A stretch of 64,000 nucleotides of DNA from Octopus vulgaris (Eukaryota): assembly GCA_951406725.2 (NCBI GenBank), contig OX597837.1:5394001-5458000 (forward strand), read 5' to 3'. Shown here in pieces: positions 1-16,639 of this stretch; the stretch's first letter is position 1; every line of letters starts with the position of its first letter. Both the position numbers and the translations under genes were made by a program. Below the pieces are notes generated by a model. The model made no database searches, was not told where the DNA came from, and saw only the letters and a program-made list of their open reading frames with translations.

Positions 1-974
1 CCAGAGATCCCTGGCCTGGCAGTGTTACCGAGAAGCGCTACCCGTTCGGGATAAGTTCTACAGACACGGCTCGAGAAACACGGGGCCGACCTGCCCGAGA
101 TGCGGTCAGAGCAACGAAACCGTTCTGCACGCACTCGTGCAATGTCCAACAATTTCCGACCTGTGGGCTTGTGTCGAACAACTGCTGTCACGTGTGGGAC
201 TAGTCGGTTTATCAGCTGAGTCTATCGTCAATATTGTCACGCCTCCTTCCTTCAAACGGGAAGGAAGAGCTATTTTCATCATCCTTGTGGCTATGGCGAA
301 AGAATGTATCTGGTGGACGCGTCTGAAAGGATTGGAGACAAACGCTTTCCTCTCTGGTCAATCTCTCATCAACTTCTTCAAGTACCACTTGAAAAGGAAA
401 GTGAGAGTAGAGAGGCAAGTTTTGTCTAGCGAATGTTTTAAAAAAAGATGGGTGAATGTAGCAAGGATGGCACGTATGAATGACAAAGCCACCTTGAGCA
501 TAATCCTATGAACCCAGAAATTGAAAACAGAGGGTTACCCACTTGCAAACAAATGTGGTAACATATAACAATATTGACCAAGGTTACCGTGGTCTTTTTC
601 GTAGGCTTTTCTTCCCACGGATAAACCTTACTTGCTTTCCCCTTTACACCATATATCATAACACTGTGATACACGATCCCTATTGATCGTTCTTTTTTTC
701 CTCTTCCCCTTTTTTCCCCTTTTTTCTTCTTTTTTCATTTCTCTTTTCTTTTGTTCCTTTTCCTTTTCTTTTTTTTCTTTTTATTCTTTTTATTTTTTAT
801 TTTATTTTATTTATTTTTTTGTTCTTTTCTTCCCTTTTACGATCCCTCTTGATCGAAAACCTACGCCACCCCCTTTTTTTCTTTTGTTTTTTGTTTTTTT
901 CATCCCCCAAAAGAAAAGCTCTACCTTGTAACTTGTCCCATCTGTGTGCAGCCCTGTGTGGCCAATAAAGAAAC

Positions 975-975
<1 letters not shown>
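1..975 (+). mobile_element. 3' end of a Tx1/L1-like LINE: ORF2 end, T-rich 3' UTR, AATAAA at 964-969
   Basis: zf-RVT ORF, then a pyrimidine-rich UTR and a poly(A) signal abutting a (TATC)n array. Confidence 0.8.
2..511 (+). CDS. C-terminus of a Tx1/L1-clade non-LTR retrotransposon ORF2 (zf-RVT zinc-binding domain); open from the window edge
   Basis: Frame 2 is open from base 2: QRSLAWQCYREALPVRDKFYRHG..CPRCGQSNETVLHALVQCPTISDLW, matching the zf-RVT pattern W..LP....CxxC...ET..H....C....W; stop at 509-511. Confidence 0.85.
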   Translation, partial: QRSLAWQCYREALPVRDKFYRHGSRNTGPTCPRCGQSNETVLHALVQCPTISDLWACVEQLLSRVGLVGLSAESIVNIVTPPSFKREGRAIFIILVAMAKECIWWTRLKGLETNAFLSGQSLINFFKYHLKRKVRVERQVLSSECFKKRWVNVARMARMNDKATLSIIL

Positions 976-1220
<245 letters not shown>

Positions 1221-1901
1221 TTCCCATCTTCATATACTAACACAAACACAAACGGACTTATACATTAGGATTACTATGATACAGTCGCGGGTTCGATTTC
1301 TGAATTGATTGGTGCTAAATTTCACGTTGCCTTATATATAGACATTTGAATACATTGCTCTATGTTTAAATCCTTGAATAAATGCTGAGATATCCACCAC
1401 ATGAAACCATTGGATGCCTTGCTTATTCATAAATAAAGCCTACACACACACACAGACAGACAGACAGACAGACACACACACACACGCACAAACACACACA
1501 CGCGCACACACACACACACGCACATATATAAACATATAAACATGTATATATATATATATATATATAAATTTATATATATATTTATATTTACTTATATATG
1601 ATTGTATGTATATATATTATATTCTTCCATTTGTGTGTGTGTGTGTTCGTGTCTGCATTTGTCAACTGCTCCCACCGCTTACGAACTAGTGTTGGTGCAT
1701 TTAAGTTCACATATATTGGTGGTTCGACAAAAGAGACGACAGTGTAACTACCAGGCTTAAAAAAGGGAATTAGCACACACACACACGCACACGCAAACAC
1801 ACACACACACACACACACAAACGTATTTTACCAGTCATTAGAATATGTCCCAGCATGGCCGCTGTTTAAATACTGAAATAAGCGAAAGGATATATATACA
1901 T

Positions 1902-1940
<39 letters not shown>

Positions 1941-1986
1941 CATACATACATATATATATATACATATATACATATATATATATACA

Positions 1987-4489
<2,503 letters not shown>

Positions 4490-4490
4490 T

Positions 4491-4547
<57 letters not shown>

Positions 4548-4938
4548 TCTTAAGAACAATTTCCTGAAACCACGACTCAGACTGATCACTGGAGAAGGTA
4601 TGTTCCGCCGTTATCCGAAAAAAAAACTTCATCATTGTGCATATAACGTCACGTAACGAAAGGCGTAACACTCATACTCCGAGTATTGACACTGCCTGTC
4701 CGCGAGTTACCAAATGTTTGCGATAAATACTGATACTCTACAAAATACGATGCCAGTATTGGAGTGTTTTTCTCTCTGTTGGGAAACAAAGACCATAGTT
4801 TGTACTTGTATGTGTGCGCCTATGCGTATGTAAATGTGTTTATACATACGCACATAAATGAATAAAGCCTACATACATACGTACATACATATATATTGTA
4901 TATACATTTAATCATATATATTTACACACACCCATACA

Positions 4939-4974
<36 letters not shown>

Positions 4975-5175
4975 TGCATGTGTGTGTAAATGTATATATA
5001 TATATTTGTATGTAAGCATATACAAATATATATATATATATATGAGTGCATGTGTGTGTGTAAATATATACATATATATATGTATGTATTTATGAATATA
5101 GCTATGTATGTAGTATTCCAATTATAATGAAATAAAAGGAATTCTACAAATTTACATGCATAATACATACATATG

Positions 5176-5206
<31 letters not shown>

Positions 5207-5814
5207 TTGTGTGTATATATATACATGCACATGCACACACACATATATATACGTATATACATTACCATTGCACTTATATATATATAATATACACATTCAT
5301 GCAAGTGTGTCTGATTATGCGTGTGTGTATGTGTACGCGCGCCCTTGTGTCTGTGTGTGCGAATGTGCTTGTCTGTGTCTGTCTATGTATGGGGACATAC
5401 GATAAGATTTTGAATTAATAATTTCCACGTTCCATTCACACTGCTGAATACCTTCGTCAACCGAAACTATAGAAAGCTACGCAAAATATCTAAAGGGTGT
5501 GGGGTGTATCAATGTGAAAATATGCAATATTAATAACGACAAGTTTAGCTCAATCAAGATTTTAATTACGAACGTACGTATGCACCAACACCCGCACGCC
5601 CATCCTCCCATCAAATAACCCCACCATAAACCTCTCCGATCCAACTACCACCACCTACCTTTTTTCTCTATATTCCTTTACAATGAAAGATCTGTTTCAT
5701 TCGCTATTCCCAACACAGCAGAGCTTTTGGAAAGGAACGCGCTATTAAAGACGTTTCAAAAGGCTGCACATTTTGGTAGTTCCCTTGCTAGTTCTTCGTT
5801 CTTTCACCGTGGAC

Positions 5815-5960
5815 TCTTCTCCTTCTTTTTCGTGAATAGTTCTGTTGTCATAGAGAAAATAGGAAAAATCAATTAGCTGCCATGTATTCTTGACAGTGTC
5901 AATTATTGTTAAATCTGGCGTATTGCTTGCTACCAGAATAATAAGATCTGTTTGCTTAGA
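5815..5960 (-). pseudogene. Restriction-like endonuclease (RLE) fragment of an R4/Dong-type LINE
   Basis: [13 protein letters not shown]....QLIDFS..YD.....KE.E resembles the PD..D RLE motif. Confidence 0.6.
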
Positions 5961-6238
5961 AAAAGGTCCCAAAGAATTGCATTTCACTCTAAACATTTCC
6001 CATTATTACTTCTTCTAGTTAGATGTCCATTCAGACGAAATTCCTTTCATTTCTATTTCTCTACCCCACTCTACTCTCTTTTCTTTTATGGCATATACAT
6101 ACATTCATGCATGCACAAATCATACATACATACGTACGTACATAAATATATATATATATATGTGTATATGTATATATTCAAGCGCAGATTCAAGTATATA
6201 TACAGATTCATATATATATATATACATATACATATATA

Positions 6239-6344
<106 letters not shown>

Positions 6345-6745
6345 TATACATACACATCTATATATATGTACATGCATACCTACATTCATTCATTCTTACA
6401 AGCGAGCATGTATTTATACATAGAAATTTACATACGCACATACATGAATATAAATATACACAATACACACACAGACACACACACACATATGTATATATAT
6501 ATACACGACGCATGCATGTATATATAAACATGTGTACATACATACATATATATATGTATATTATTGCGTTTACGTATAAACGCACACACTCACACACACG
6601 CATACACGCACGCCCACACACGCATACACTTATGTGTATGTATATATATATATGTATATATATATATATACATATGTATATATATATGCAATATATATAT
6701 ATATATATATATACATACATTCATATATATATATGTATATATATG

Positions 6746-6776
<31 letters not shown>

Positions 6777-7657
6777 GTATATGTATAAATAAATATATAC
6801 ACATGTGTATTCATGTACATAGCGATACACACTGCACGCACACACATTCATGTATACACCCGTTACAACATTCCTAATTAATTTTGTTTTCCCCCATCCA
6901 ATCATGTCATCTTTTGTAAATTACTTGAGGCCGTTTTATTGCATTCGCTAAAACAAACTTCTCTCCTTCTTTTTCATCGTCTCCACAGCGTCTCTAAACA
7001 TAGTACATTCGCCGCAGCGCCGTGTTTTATCTATTTCAACAGTCATTCCGTTTGTTTTGGTCGCAGTCTCTTCTAGCGTTCTCTTATAATTAACCGCTCA
7101 CTCATTCATCGATTCATTAATTCTTGTACTCTTTCATTCCGCCATTCATTTATTCTCTTATTCATTGAGACTTCTCTTAAAAGTTGTTTGTGCGTCTGTT
7201 TTTATGCATGTAAGCGTGGTTATGTGACGGTGGCGAGGAATTTCTCGACGTTCTGTAGTTGTGTGGCATCGGGCTCGATCGGATGGAATGGTAGAAAGAT
7301 TAGAGTTTCGAAGAAAGCGTCATTTGGTATTTTGATAGAGTTCCTTACGATTTAGGACCCAATCCTAATAAGGTTTACCATGATTTTAAACCTGGGCCGT
7401 GGTGGATTTAAATGACATGAAATACTAGCCCCATGAAGGTTTCTATTTTCATTTTCTTGGGACATGGAGTTTTCGACCAAATAAAGTACCAATTGATATA
7501 AATACGAAAGACAGGACCAATTTCCATCGTCTTTAGATGTGAGGCATCGACTTAGAGAGAATGAAGTACCTGTCGAATGAAGTATGAAGGAAAATGTAAA
7601 TAATTTTAGCCTCAGAAATATTTCATGTATCATACTTATTCAGAAATAATTGTTATC

Positions 7658-8645
7658 TAATCTTTTTCTCAGATGTTTCGAATTTTTTAAATCCCTTCAG
7701 TGAAGCGAAATTTTCATTGCACTAAGCGGAATCGTAACTAGAGAATCAGAAAGTAAATTTACAAGAATTTAGAATATTTGGCATAGAAAAATAATGGTTA
7801 ATAAACTAAATTATTCTAAGACGATATCTGCAAGAATAAACCACTCTCACAGAAACTACAAAAAATAAAAATAAAAGAAAACGGAAAGAATATAAAGTTA
7901 AAGTTATATTTAAAAAGATTAAGTATATAAAAAAAGAATTAATATGTAGGCGCAGGAGTGGCTGTGTGGTAAGTAGCTTGTTTACCAGCCACATAGTTCC
8001 GGGTTCAGTCTCACTCTGTGGCACCTTGGGCAAGTGTCTTCTACTATGGCCTCGGGCCGACTAAAGCCTTGTGAGTGGATTTGGTAGACGGAAACTGAAA
8101 GAAGCCTGTCGTATATATGTATATATATATGTGCGTGTATGTTTGTGTGTCTCTGTATGTCCCCCTAGCATTGCTTGACAACCGATGCTGGTGTGCTTAT
8201 GTCCCCGTCACTTAGCGGTTCGGCAAAAGAGACCCGATAGAATAAGTACTGGGCTTACAAAGAATAAGTCCCGGGGTCGATTTGCTCGATTAAAAGGCGG
8301 TGCTCCAGCATGGCCGCAGTCAAATGCCTGAAACAAGTTAAAGAGTATTTAATCTTTTCCTCAGACGTTTCGAATTTTTTAAATCCCTTCAGTGAAGCGA
8401 AGTTTTCATTGCACTTAGCGGAATAGTAACCAGAGAATCAGAAAGTAAATTTGCAAGAATTTACAGTATTTGGCATAGAAAAATAATGGTTAATAAACTA
8501 AATTATTCTTAGACGATATCTGCAAGAATGAACCACTCTCACAGAAACTACAACAAATAAGAATAAAAGAAAACGGAAAGAATATAAAGAATATAAAGTT
8601 AAAGTTATATTTAAAAAGATTAAGTATATAAAAAAGAATTAACAT
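7658..8645. repeat. ~290-bp direct duplication (7658-7945 and 8350-8645) flanking a SINE
   Basis: Copies align end to end with scattered substitutions and a 9-bp internal duplication in the second copy. Confidence 0.9.
7948..8347 (+). mobile_element. Full-length tRNA-derived SINE, family A (CORE-like), with an internal TA/TG microsatellite
   Basis: A box TGGCTGTGTGG, B-box-like GGTTCAGTC, CORE-like GCACCTTGGGCAAGTG; further copies or fragments near 1640, 13150, 15165(-), 25700, 45900, 52440, 53400, 56400, 61415. Confidence 0.85.
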
Positions 8646-9036
8646 ACTATATTTCCGTATTAAAAGAGTCAATATGTCCAGACCAGAAGAAATCGTTATG
8701 CAGAGTATTTCAATGATTGTTAGAAAAACTGGCGTGTTTCCAGTCAACTCAATTAGCACATAATTCATTCTTCCTATTTCATGTGAGCAGCAAAAGGACT
8801 GTATTTTTCGACATACTATAAGAGATTTTATCACCATATTCTTTTTTTTCCTTTCTCATCTTTTTTTCTATTTGCTTTATCGAGTGACCTGTAGTCGTGT
8901 GTGTGTGTGTGATGTATACTCACAGAGACAAGTGCACGTACATACAAGCAAAGCACACATACACACATACAAACACACAGACATATATCAAAGCAGGCAC
9001 ACAAACACACACACACGCACATACATATTTATCCAT

Positions 9037-9081
<45 letters not shown>

Positions 9082-9097
9082 TGTATTTTTACGCTTG

Positions 9098-9146
<49 letters not shown>

Positions 9147-9267
9147 GTGAATATATTTATTGGATATAGGTATATATAAATATATGTAATATATATATAT
9201 GTCTATGTGCGTGTATATGCTTGGTATATGCGTGTAAGTATATATACTAATAGTATTTAGGCATATG

Positions 9268-9307
<40 letters not shown>

Positions 9308-9347
9308 GTATATATCTAAACAGATTTAACATGCGCAAACACACATG

Positions 9348-9403
<56 letters not shown>

Positions 9404-9704
9404 CTAAACATGTGTGTTTGTGCATGTTAAATCTGTGCACGTGTATATGAACGTGCGAGTGTGAGTATGCACATGTACAGATATAAATGCGATGCAAAAT
9501 AGTGTACAGGCAAGACAAGAAGTGCATTTAAAAGTAGTTTCCTAAAAAAATGAAGACGCAGGTGCCAGTTTAACGGAAGACTTGATTATGTGAGGACCTA
9601 TATCTGGAAACGATGATAACGCTAATCATACTGATAACGTTGATAACGCTGATAATGCTGGCTTTTTGTGTCAGTTACGGAATAAGTACGTACCACCTGA
9701 ATGT

Positions 9705-10350
9705 AATCTTTCTATAATGGGCGTTATCTGCGTCTGTCTGTCCGCCTGTCTGTCTGTTCCTTGTTCAGGGTCAAACGGCTGGGCCAATGATCACGATGTT
9801 TTTCGGGATGTCGAAATACGTAATCAGGAAGGTTTTTAGCGAAAAAAATGTGAAAAGGTATGATTATTTAGTGGGTATTAAGTTTTGTATTAATAAATCA
9901 CCTTTGATTTTGTTTTTTGTTAAAATTCCGGTGACGAGGATTAACTCTCGATTCACCCCGGCCCCATATAGTTCGTGAATTTAGAGGGTTTATATTTGCG
10001 ATTCTATCCCTTTATTTCCCATCGTAGTTGGACAGATTTGCTATCTTACTATAATGGACGTTATGTCCGTCTGTCTGTCCATCTGTCTGTCTCTTTGTCT
10101 GTTTCCTCTTCACGGCCAGACCAATGGTTACGATATTTTTCGGGATTACAAAGACGGTCGTCAGAAAGGTCTTTAGCATTAAAACATCAGAAAGTATGAT
10201 TATTTTGTGAATATCGATTTTTGAATTGAGAAACCACCTTCGCATTTTTATTAAAAATTCACCACGCAGTGGGACTGAACCCGGAACCATGTGGCTGGTA
10301 TAGTTCGTGGCTCCATCGTCGATACGAAGGGGATTCCAAGAACGGTTAGT
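9705..10350 (+). mobile_element. Two tandem diverged non-autonomous Helitron-like elements with (GTCY)n repeats
   Basis: Two related starts (TCTTTCTATAATGGGCGTTAT near 9707; TCTTACTATAATGGACGTTAT near 10044), each followed by GTCT/GTCC repeats and ACGGC..G.CCAATG, as in Lep1/DINE-type Helitrons. Confidence 0.55.
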
Positions 10351-12137
10351 AGCGAAGATGAAATGGAAAAAGTGTGTGTCAGTACATAGTGTGTGTGTGT
10401 GATTATTTAGTGGTTATTGAAGTGTGTCAGACTCGAGCAGGATTCGAAACGGCTAATCGAAGCGGCTGTTTTTTACATCTCAGTTTTGTCAATCAAAATA
10501 ACAAAAAAGAAAAACAAGTAAAAGAAATGTGATAAACACGAATATATGTAAAAATTACTTATATTGCTTCTACTGACCGCATTAGCGCATCAAACAAAAT
10601 TCTTTGGGACATTTCTTCGGGCTCTTTACGATTTGAGTTCAAATTCAGTCGAGGTCAGCTTTGACTCTCATCTCTTTCAGGGTCGATAAAATAAATTACC
10701 AGTCTAGTACCGGTAATAGAATAGCACCCGTTAAAATTGCAGGTGTTGTGCCTAAATTTGAAATCATTATAATGTGGCGAGTAGGCAGGATCGTAAGTTT
10801 TTTACGTTCAAATCCTGCCGTGATCAACTTGTCCTTTCACCTTCCCGGGATCAATGAAATAAGTATCGGTCAAATAACCGCTGATCGATATAATCGGCCT
10901 CCCTTTTCCTCTCATTTTTGCTGGCCTTTTGACAAAATTAGAAATAATTATACAGTGAAGAAAAGGAATAAATATTGGTATTTCGGACAGTTAACCTTTG
11001 TCAAGAAGGTTGAAAGGAAAACAAAAGTCAAATTTTGTATGGTTACCAAAGATTAAATGGCGGACAGAGAATATGTGCTAGCGAATGGAAAAATATTGCC
11101 CCATTATATTCTGAAGAAATTAACCACAGCGTTTGGGAAGGGGGTTCTCGTTATGTTAAGAATGTATTTTTAGCAGGAGAAATCCTCGGTGATAGATTTA
11201 TTCGCATGAACGGAGAAAGCTGTCAAAAGAAATTAAGTGTGTAATTGATACCGAGTGGAGAGGATGTAAGGAAGCAGAACATTAATTACCTCCCACGACA
11301 AAGCTTGAGAAATGTTATGAAATGACGTACGGAACATTAAGGAACTAAAAACATAAGGGATTCCAGTAATAGATCACAGATTTGAAGGTTCTGTCGCTGC
11401 TTCGTCGAATGCCTCCGCAAATAGTCTTTAAATAACAGTCTACCGTCTTGTTGGTTTTGTCTACAGACAATACCATTTCGCATGCTGTACAGACGGGACT
11501 ATTTAATTTTCTGCCGCAGGCGAGACTGCAGCGTCTTTTCTATTAAAACTTACATCTTAAACGCTAATATATATATATATATGTATATATATATTTGAGT
11601 TCAAATCTATATGTATGTATATATGTAGGTTAGATGTGTTTGCGAGGTTGTGAAGAGAGGGTGTTAGGAAGAGAGGGGGAGAGTGACAAAGGAAAACAAA
11701 GGAGAAAATCCGATAAAATAAATTTAACGTTCCCATCGACAGCGTTCAGTATGAACACTTTCGACGTTATATCAAACAGAACATAAAAGATAGAAAATCT
11801 ATTAGTCTCCCACTCTCTCCTACACACACTCTCTCTCTGTCCCTCTCTCTATATCTCTCTCACGCAAGCATACAAGAACACACACGTATATATGAGCATA
11901 CATATAAACATACACACACACACACACACACATATATCTATATATATATATATATATATATGGATGTATACAGATTTACATATATAGGTACCTATAAGTA
12001 TTTATATATCAATAGATGCATACACGCATACATACACATGCACACATATATATACACACATGATTATATATGCTATTGTATGTATGCTTATATATATATA
12101 TATATAAGCTCACACACACACACAGACACACAAACAC

Positions 12138-12196
<59 letters not shown>

Positions 12197-12433
12197 TATA
12201 TACATATATATATATACACACACATATATATATATATGTAAATAAATATATGTATGTGTAAGTACGTATATACACACACATATGTATCAATGCAATCTAT
12301 GTATGCATGTACGCATGTACGTATCTACCTACCTATCTATATACGTACTATCTGTGTACCTCTGTGTGTGTGTGTATATATATATATATATAATATATAT
12401 ATATCTATATGTACATATATATCTATATATACG

Positions 12434-12531
<98 letters not shown>

Positions 12532-12981
12532 CAAAGAATTAGAATGTGGGAATGAACTATAACACGCAGCACCGAGATTTCTTTTTCCACCCCCACCCCC
12601 ACAGCTCTTAGATGACAGCTTGTCACATATTTCAACACTAGTAATGATGAAATGACGAAAATACTGTATTACCGCACACACCCAAACACACCCAAACACA
12701 CACACATGTGCGTATCTACATATATACATATGTCCATGCCTGTGTATGTATGCGTATCTTTTGTATAAATAATATGTATGCACTTGTTTTATATAGGCAC
12801 ATAGATGTATGACTACAGTTGCAGTCACACACCTATGTCTAGATTATATTTACGCAGTCAGCTTCCAGCATAGTTTGCTAGTTGATTCGTTAGTTGACCA
12901 CTGTATTTAGCAGTGTTACTAGTTATGGTATATAGGTTGTATGTAGGGAATATGTTAGAGCTTTGTAACAGAATGCAATAA

Positions 12982-13063
12982 AGTTTTCCCTGATGATCCA
13001 TTGCGGTTAGGCATTCAATGTTGAGCTACAAATAACTGTGATGGTGAAACGTACGTAGGAACT
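12982..13063 (+). ncRNA. Type I hammerhead ribozyme candidate with long stem II (Penelope-like remnant)
   Basis: TTCC-CTGATGA(12990-12996)-T-CCATTGCGGTTA...TAACTGTGATGG-T-GAAAC-GTAC-GTA-GGAA: 12-bp stem II, palindromic stem III ACGTACGT, GUA site; U-U at 10.1/11.1. Confidence 0.7.
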
Positions 13064-13110
13064 AAATATTTATGCTAATGTTTATCTTAGTTTTCCCCTA
13101 CATACAAGGG

Positions 13111-13169
13111 GGCGAGCTGGCAGAATCGTCATCATGCCGAGCGAAATGCTGAAAGAATCCCGTCGTATA

Positions 13170-13205
<36 letters not shown>

Positions 13206-13505
13206 TGTATGTATGCATGCATGCATGCATGTATGTATGTATGTATGTATGTATGTATGTATGTATGTATGTATGTATGTATGTATGTATGTGCGTGTGT
13301 TTGTGTCTGTTTGTCCTTCCAACATCGCCTGACAACCAATGCTGGTGCGTTTACGTCTCTGTAACTTAGCGGTTCGGCAAAAAGAGACCGATAGAATAAG
13401 TACTAGGCTTCCAAAGAATAAGTCCTGGGATCAATTTGCTCGACTAAAAGGTAGTGCTACAGCATGGCCGCAGTCAAATGACTGAAAGAAGTAAAAGAAT
13501 AAAGC
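13111..13505 (+). mobile_element. Chimeric SINE: family-B head (13111-13150) joined to family-A body and tail with an expanded (TATG)n
   Basis: GGCGAGCTGGCAGAATCG..GCGAAATGCT runs directly into GAAAGAATCCCGTCGTATAT of family A. Confidence 0.65.
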
Positions 13506-13589
13506 AATAAAGGAATGGCTATAGAAACAGAAGTCGAGATCGTAAACTTATTATATTAAAGAAAAGAAAAAGGAGGAAAAAAAGATGAG

Positions 13590-13745
13590 GGGGAGTAGGA
13601 GTAAGAAGATGAGGAATTAATAGTAATTGTAGTAGATGATGATGATGATGATGATGAAGAAAGAGAAGGAGAAGGAGAAGAAGAAGAAGAAGAGGGAGAA
13701 TAATAATAATAAGAATAATAAGAATAAGAATAAGAATAATAATAA

Positions 13746-13776
<31 letters not shown>

Positions 13777-14060
13777 AAGAAGAAGAAGAAGAAGAAGAAG
13801 AAGAAGAAGAAGAAGAAAAAGAAAAAGGAGAAGAAGAAGAAGAATAGAATAGAAGCAGAAGGAAAGAAGAGAAGGAGAAGAAAATAGAAGAAAAGCAAGA
13901 AGAGAAATGAGAAGAAGGAGAAGAGAATAGAAGGCAAGAAGAAGAATAGGAAGAGAAACGAGAAAGTATATGAAGGAAAAAGAACGACGGAGAAGTAAAG
14001 TGAAAACAAAAGCAGACGTTAACAAATCAATCAATGAAAACACAACAAAGAAAGAAGGAA
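13590..14060. repeat. Purine-rich low-complexity (AAG/AAT/GAT)n tract
   Basis: Direct sequence. Confidence 0.9.
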
Positions 14061-14480
14061 TGTAAATAATTAAAAGAGAAATAATATAATTAAAGTCGGT
14101 CCAGGAGGAATATTAGTGAGGAAGTAGAGAAATACTCAATGTTTCATGGAAATTTTAACATATTTGATGTCTGCTGAATCAATAAACATATCGAAATAGA
14201 TGGACGGTCCCTAATGTATAACTAATACAATGAACTTCGTATTTGTTTGTGCTGGGATGAGGAATAATTTCATTAGACATTCGAACCGTCACCCCGCCAA
14301 ACATTCACACACACACACACAGGCGTATATGCACACATGAATATGTGTAGGTAGACATATATTTATGTATTTATGAATGTATTCGACTCACGATTGTAAG
14401 GTCATGAGTTCGATTCCAGGCGATGCGTTGTGTCCTTGAGCAAGACACTTTATTTCACGTTGCTCCATATATAAATATAT

Positions 14481-14792
14481 ATCACCGTCACCGTCACCGA
14501 CCAGGCTGTCAGATGTTGCTACACATCGCTGATCACAATGCGCCTCGCATTGTTTTAGCCTTCAAATGACGCCACCCCACTGGCCAAGCGAGCAGGCCAA
14601 CAGAAGAAAGAGTTTGAGAAAGTTGTGGCGAAAGAGTACAGCAGGGATCGTCACCACCCCCTGCCGGAGCCGCATGGAGCTTTTAGGTGTTTTTGCTCAA
14701 TAAACATTCACAACACTCGGTCTGGGAATCGAAACCACGATCCTACGACCGCGAGTCCGCTGCCCTAACCACTAGGCCATTGCGCCTCCACC
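14481..14792 (-). mobile_element. tRNA-derived SINE, family C
   Basis: Minus strand GGAGGCGCAATGGCCTAGTGGTTAGGGCAGCGGACTCGCGGTCG..GGTTTCGATTCCC head; same head or body near 19880-20060, 48600-49121, 52886-53265. Confidence 0.8.
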
Positions 14793-14817
14793 ATATATAA
14801 ATATATATAGCCGCAAT

Positions 14818-15122
14818 CTGTGAAGGCGCGTGGCTTAGTGGTTAGGGCATTCGGCTCACAATTGTAAAGTCGTGAGTTCAATTCCCGGCGACCTTGAGCA
14901 AGACACTTTATTTCACGTTGCTCCAGTCCACTCAGCTGGCAAAAATGAGTAGTACCTGTATTTCAAAGGGCCGGCCTTGTCACACTTTGTGTCACGCTGA
15001 AACCCCCTGAGATCTACGTTAAGGGTACACGTGTCTGTGGAGTGCTCAGTCACTAACACGTTAATTTCACGAGCAAGCTGTTCAGGTGATCGTATAAGTT
15101 GGGACCCTCGTGAGCGCTCCGT
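14818..15122 (+). mobile_element. tRNA-derived SINE, family D
   Basis: GGCGCGTGGCTTAGTGGTTAGG A box, GAGTTCAATTCCC B box, CCTTGAGCAAGACACTTTATTTCACGTTGCTCCAG body; related copies near 14380, 20790-21027(-), 53960-54300(-). Confidence 0.8.
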
Positions 15123-15164
15123 TTTTTCATGTATATGAGTGTGTATTTATATAAGGTTTTTTTT

Positions 15165-15508
15165 CCCCTTTATCTGTAGCTGGTTTCAATCGTTAAACTG
15201 CGGCCATGCTGGGGAACCGCCTTGAAGAATTTTTAGTCGAGCGAATCGACCCCAGTACTTACGTTTTCCCTTTAAACCTGGTACTTATTTTATCGGGTTC
15301 TTTTGCCGAACGGCTAAGTTACGATGAAGTAAGAACACCAAGTAATGGTGAGGGACAAACACTGACACAGACAGAGACAGAGACAGACACACACACACAC
15401 ACACACACACCCGTGACGAATTTATTCCCGTTTCAGTCTAACAAATCCACTCACAAGGCTTTGGTTGGCTCGAGGCTTTAGTAGAAGAGACTTGCCCAAG
15501 GTGCCAAG
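15165..15508 (-). mobile_element. SINE family A, 5'-truncated
   Basis: Reverse-complement match to 7948-8347. Confidence 0.75.
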
Positions 15509-15509
15509 A

Positions 15510-16529
15510 TAAATCATGCTACGAACTCAACAGTGCTGATAAATTAAACCACTTCCTGTTTATGGACGACCTGAATATATTTGCCAAAAACGAGAAAGTT
15601 TTAGTTTCGTCGATTCAGACTGTTAGAGTCGTGAGTGATGACATTGGAATTAAGTTTGGAATAGATAAACATGCGGCGCTAGCAATAAAGAGGTGGGGGG
15701 AACATCCAAGTCAGCAGGGGTTAAACTCTCAGGTGAGACATCAATCAAATTAATAAGTAAAGGTGATAGTTACAAGTACCTTGGAGTTTTAGAGACAAAC
15801 AGAATTCTCTGAAGGGAAATGAAGGAGAAGGCGAGTAATGAATATTTTAGGAGAGTAGAAAATGTGCTAAGCTGAAAACTGAATCGTGCTAAAAGCATCT
15901 GTACAATAAACACATGGCCGGTGTCTCTACGATATTCTCCTGCCCTCCGGAACTGGATTAAAGATGAGCTAAGAGGCATAGACTTTAAAACCAGAAAGAC
16001 GGAATCTATGTATAGGTCATTATATCCAAGGGACAGTGCTGATAGGTTATACCTAAACATGGAAGGAAGGAGAGAGTGGATTGATTGATATCGATAGAAA
16101 ACTACGTGGAGATGGAAGAACTTGGTATAGGAAAGCAGCAACTTGATACAGGAGAATTTGACAAATTAAGTAAACATAAGGATCGAGAAATTGAAATACA
16201 AAAGATGTGACATTTTAAACCGAGAACTGTTCCTGTCATTGTAGTTACCTAGGTATGATAAGAAAGGGATGTCAGAAAAATTGAGATAACATCCCAGGAG
16301 TACCACGTCTCAGAGAAATCCAATTACTGTCCACATCCTTACAAAAACGCTATCCATTTAAGTGTCTGTGTTGTATTACATGAAGTTATTTCGCTACTGT
16401 CCCTGCCACTTCCCCTCTCCAAGCTTTCACTCATCCTGTAACATCTCTAATCCTTCACTCGCTACAGGACGCTGGGTGTGTCTCGGCAAGTGATTGTAAC
16501 AAACATGCAGATAAAAGTAAATAAATATG

Positions 16530-16530
<1 letters not shown>
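15510..16530 (+). mobile_element. Degenerate, internally deleted R4/Dong-clade LINE ending in (AAT)n
   Basis: RT motifs NHFLFMDDLNIFAK, SDDIGIKFGIDK, YKYLGVLE, INTW, ELRGIDFKTRK; C-terminal IPG.P.LREIQ..HILTK.LSI*; 3' UTR runs into TAA repeats at 16531. Confidence 0.8.
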
Positions 16531-16590
<60 letters not shown>

Positions 16591-16639
16591 TAATAGTAAG
16601 AAGAAGAAGAAGAAGAAGGAGAAGAGGAAGAAGAAGAAG

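Noticed and set aside
14715-14890. tRNA genes
   Set aside because: A and B boxes run into multi-copy SINE bodies without a complete acceptor stem or terminator.
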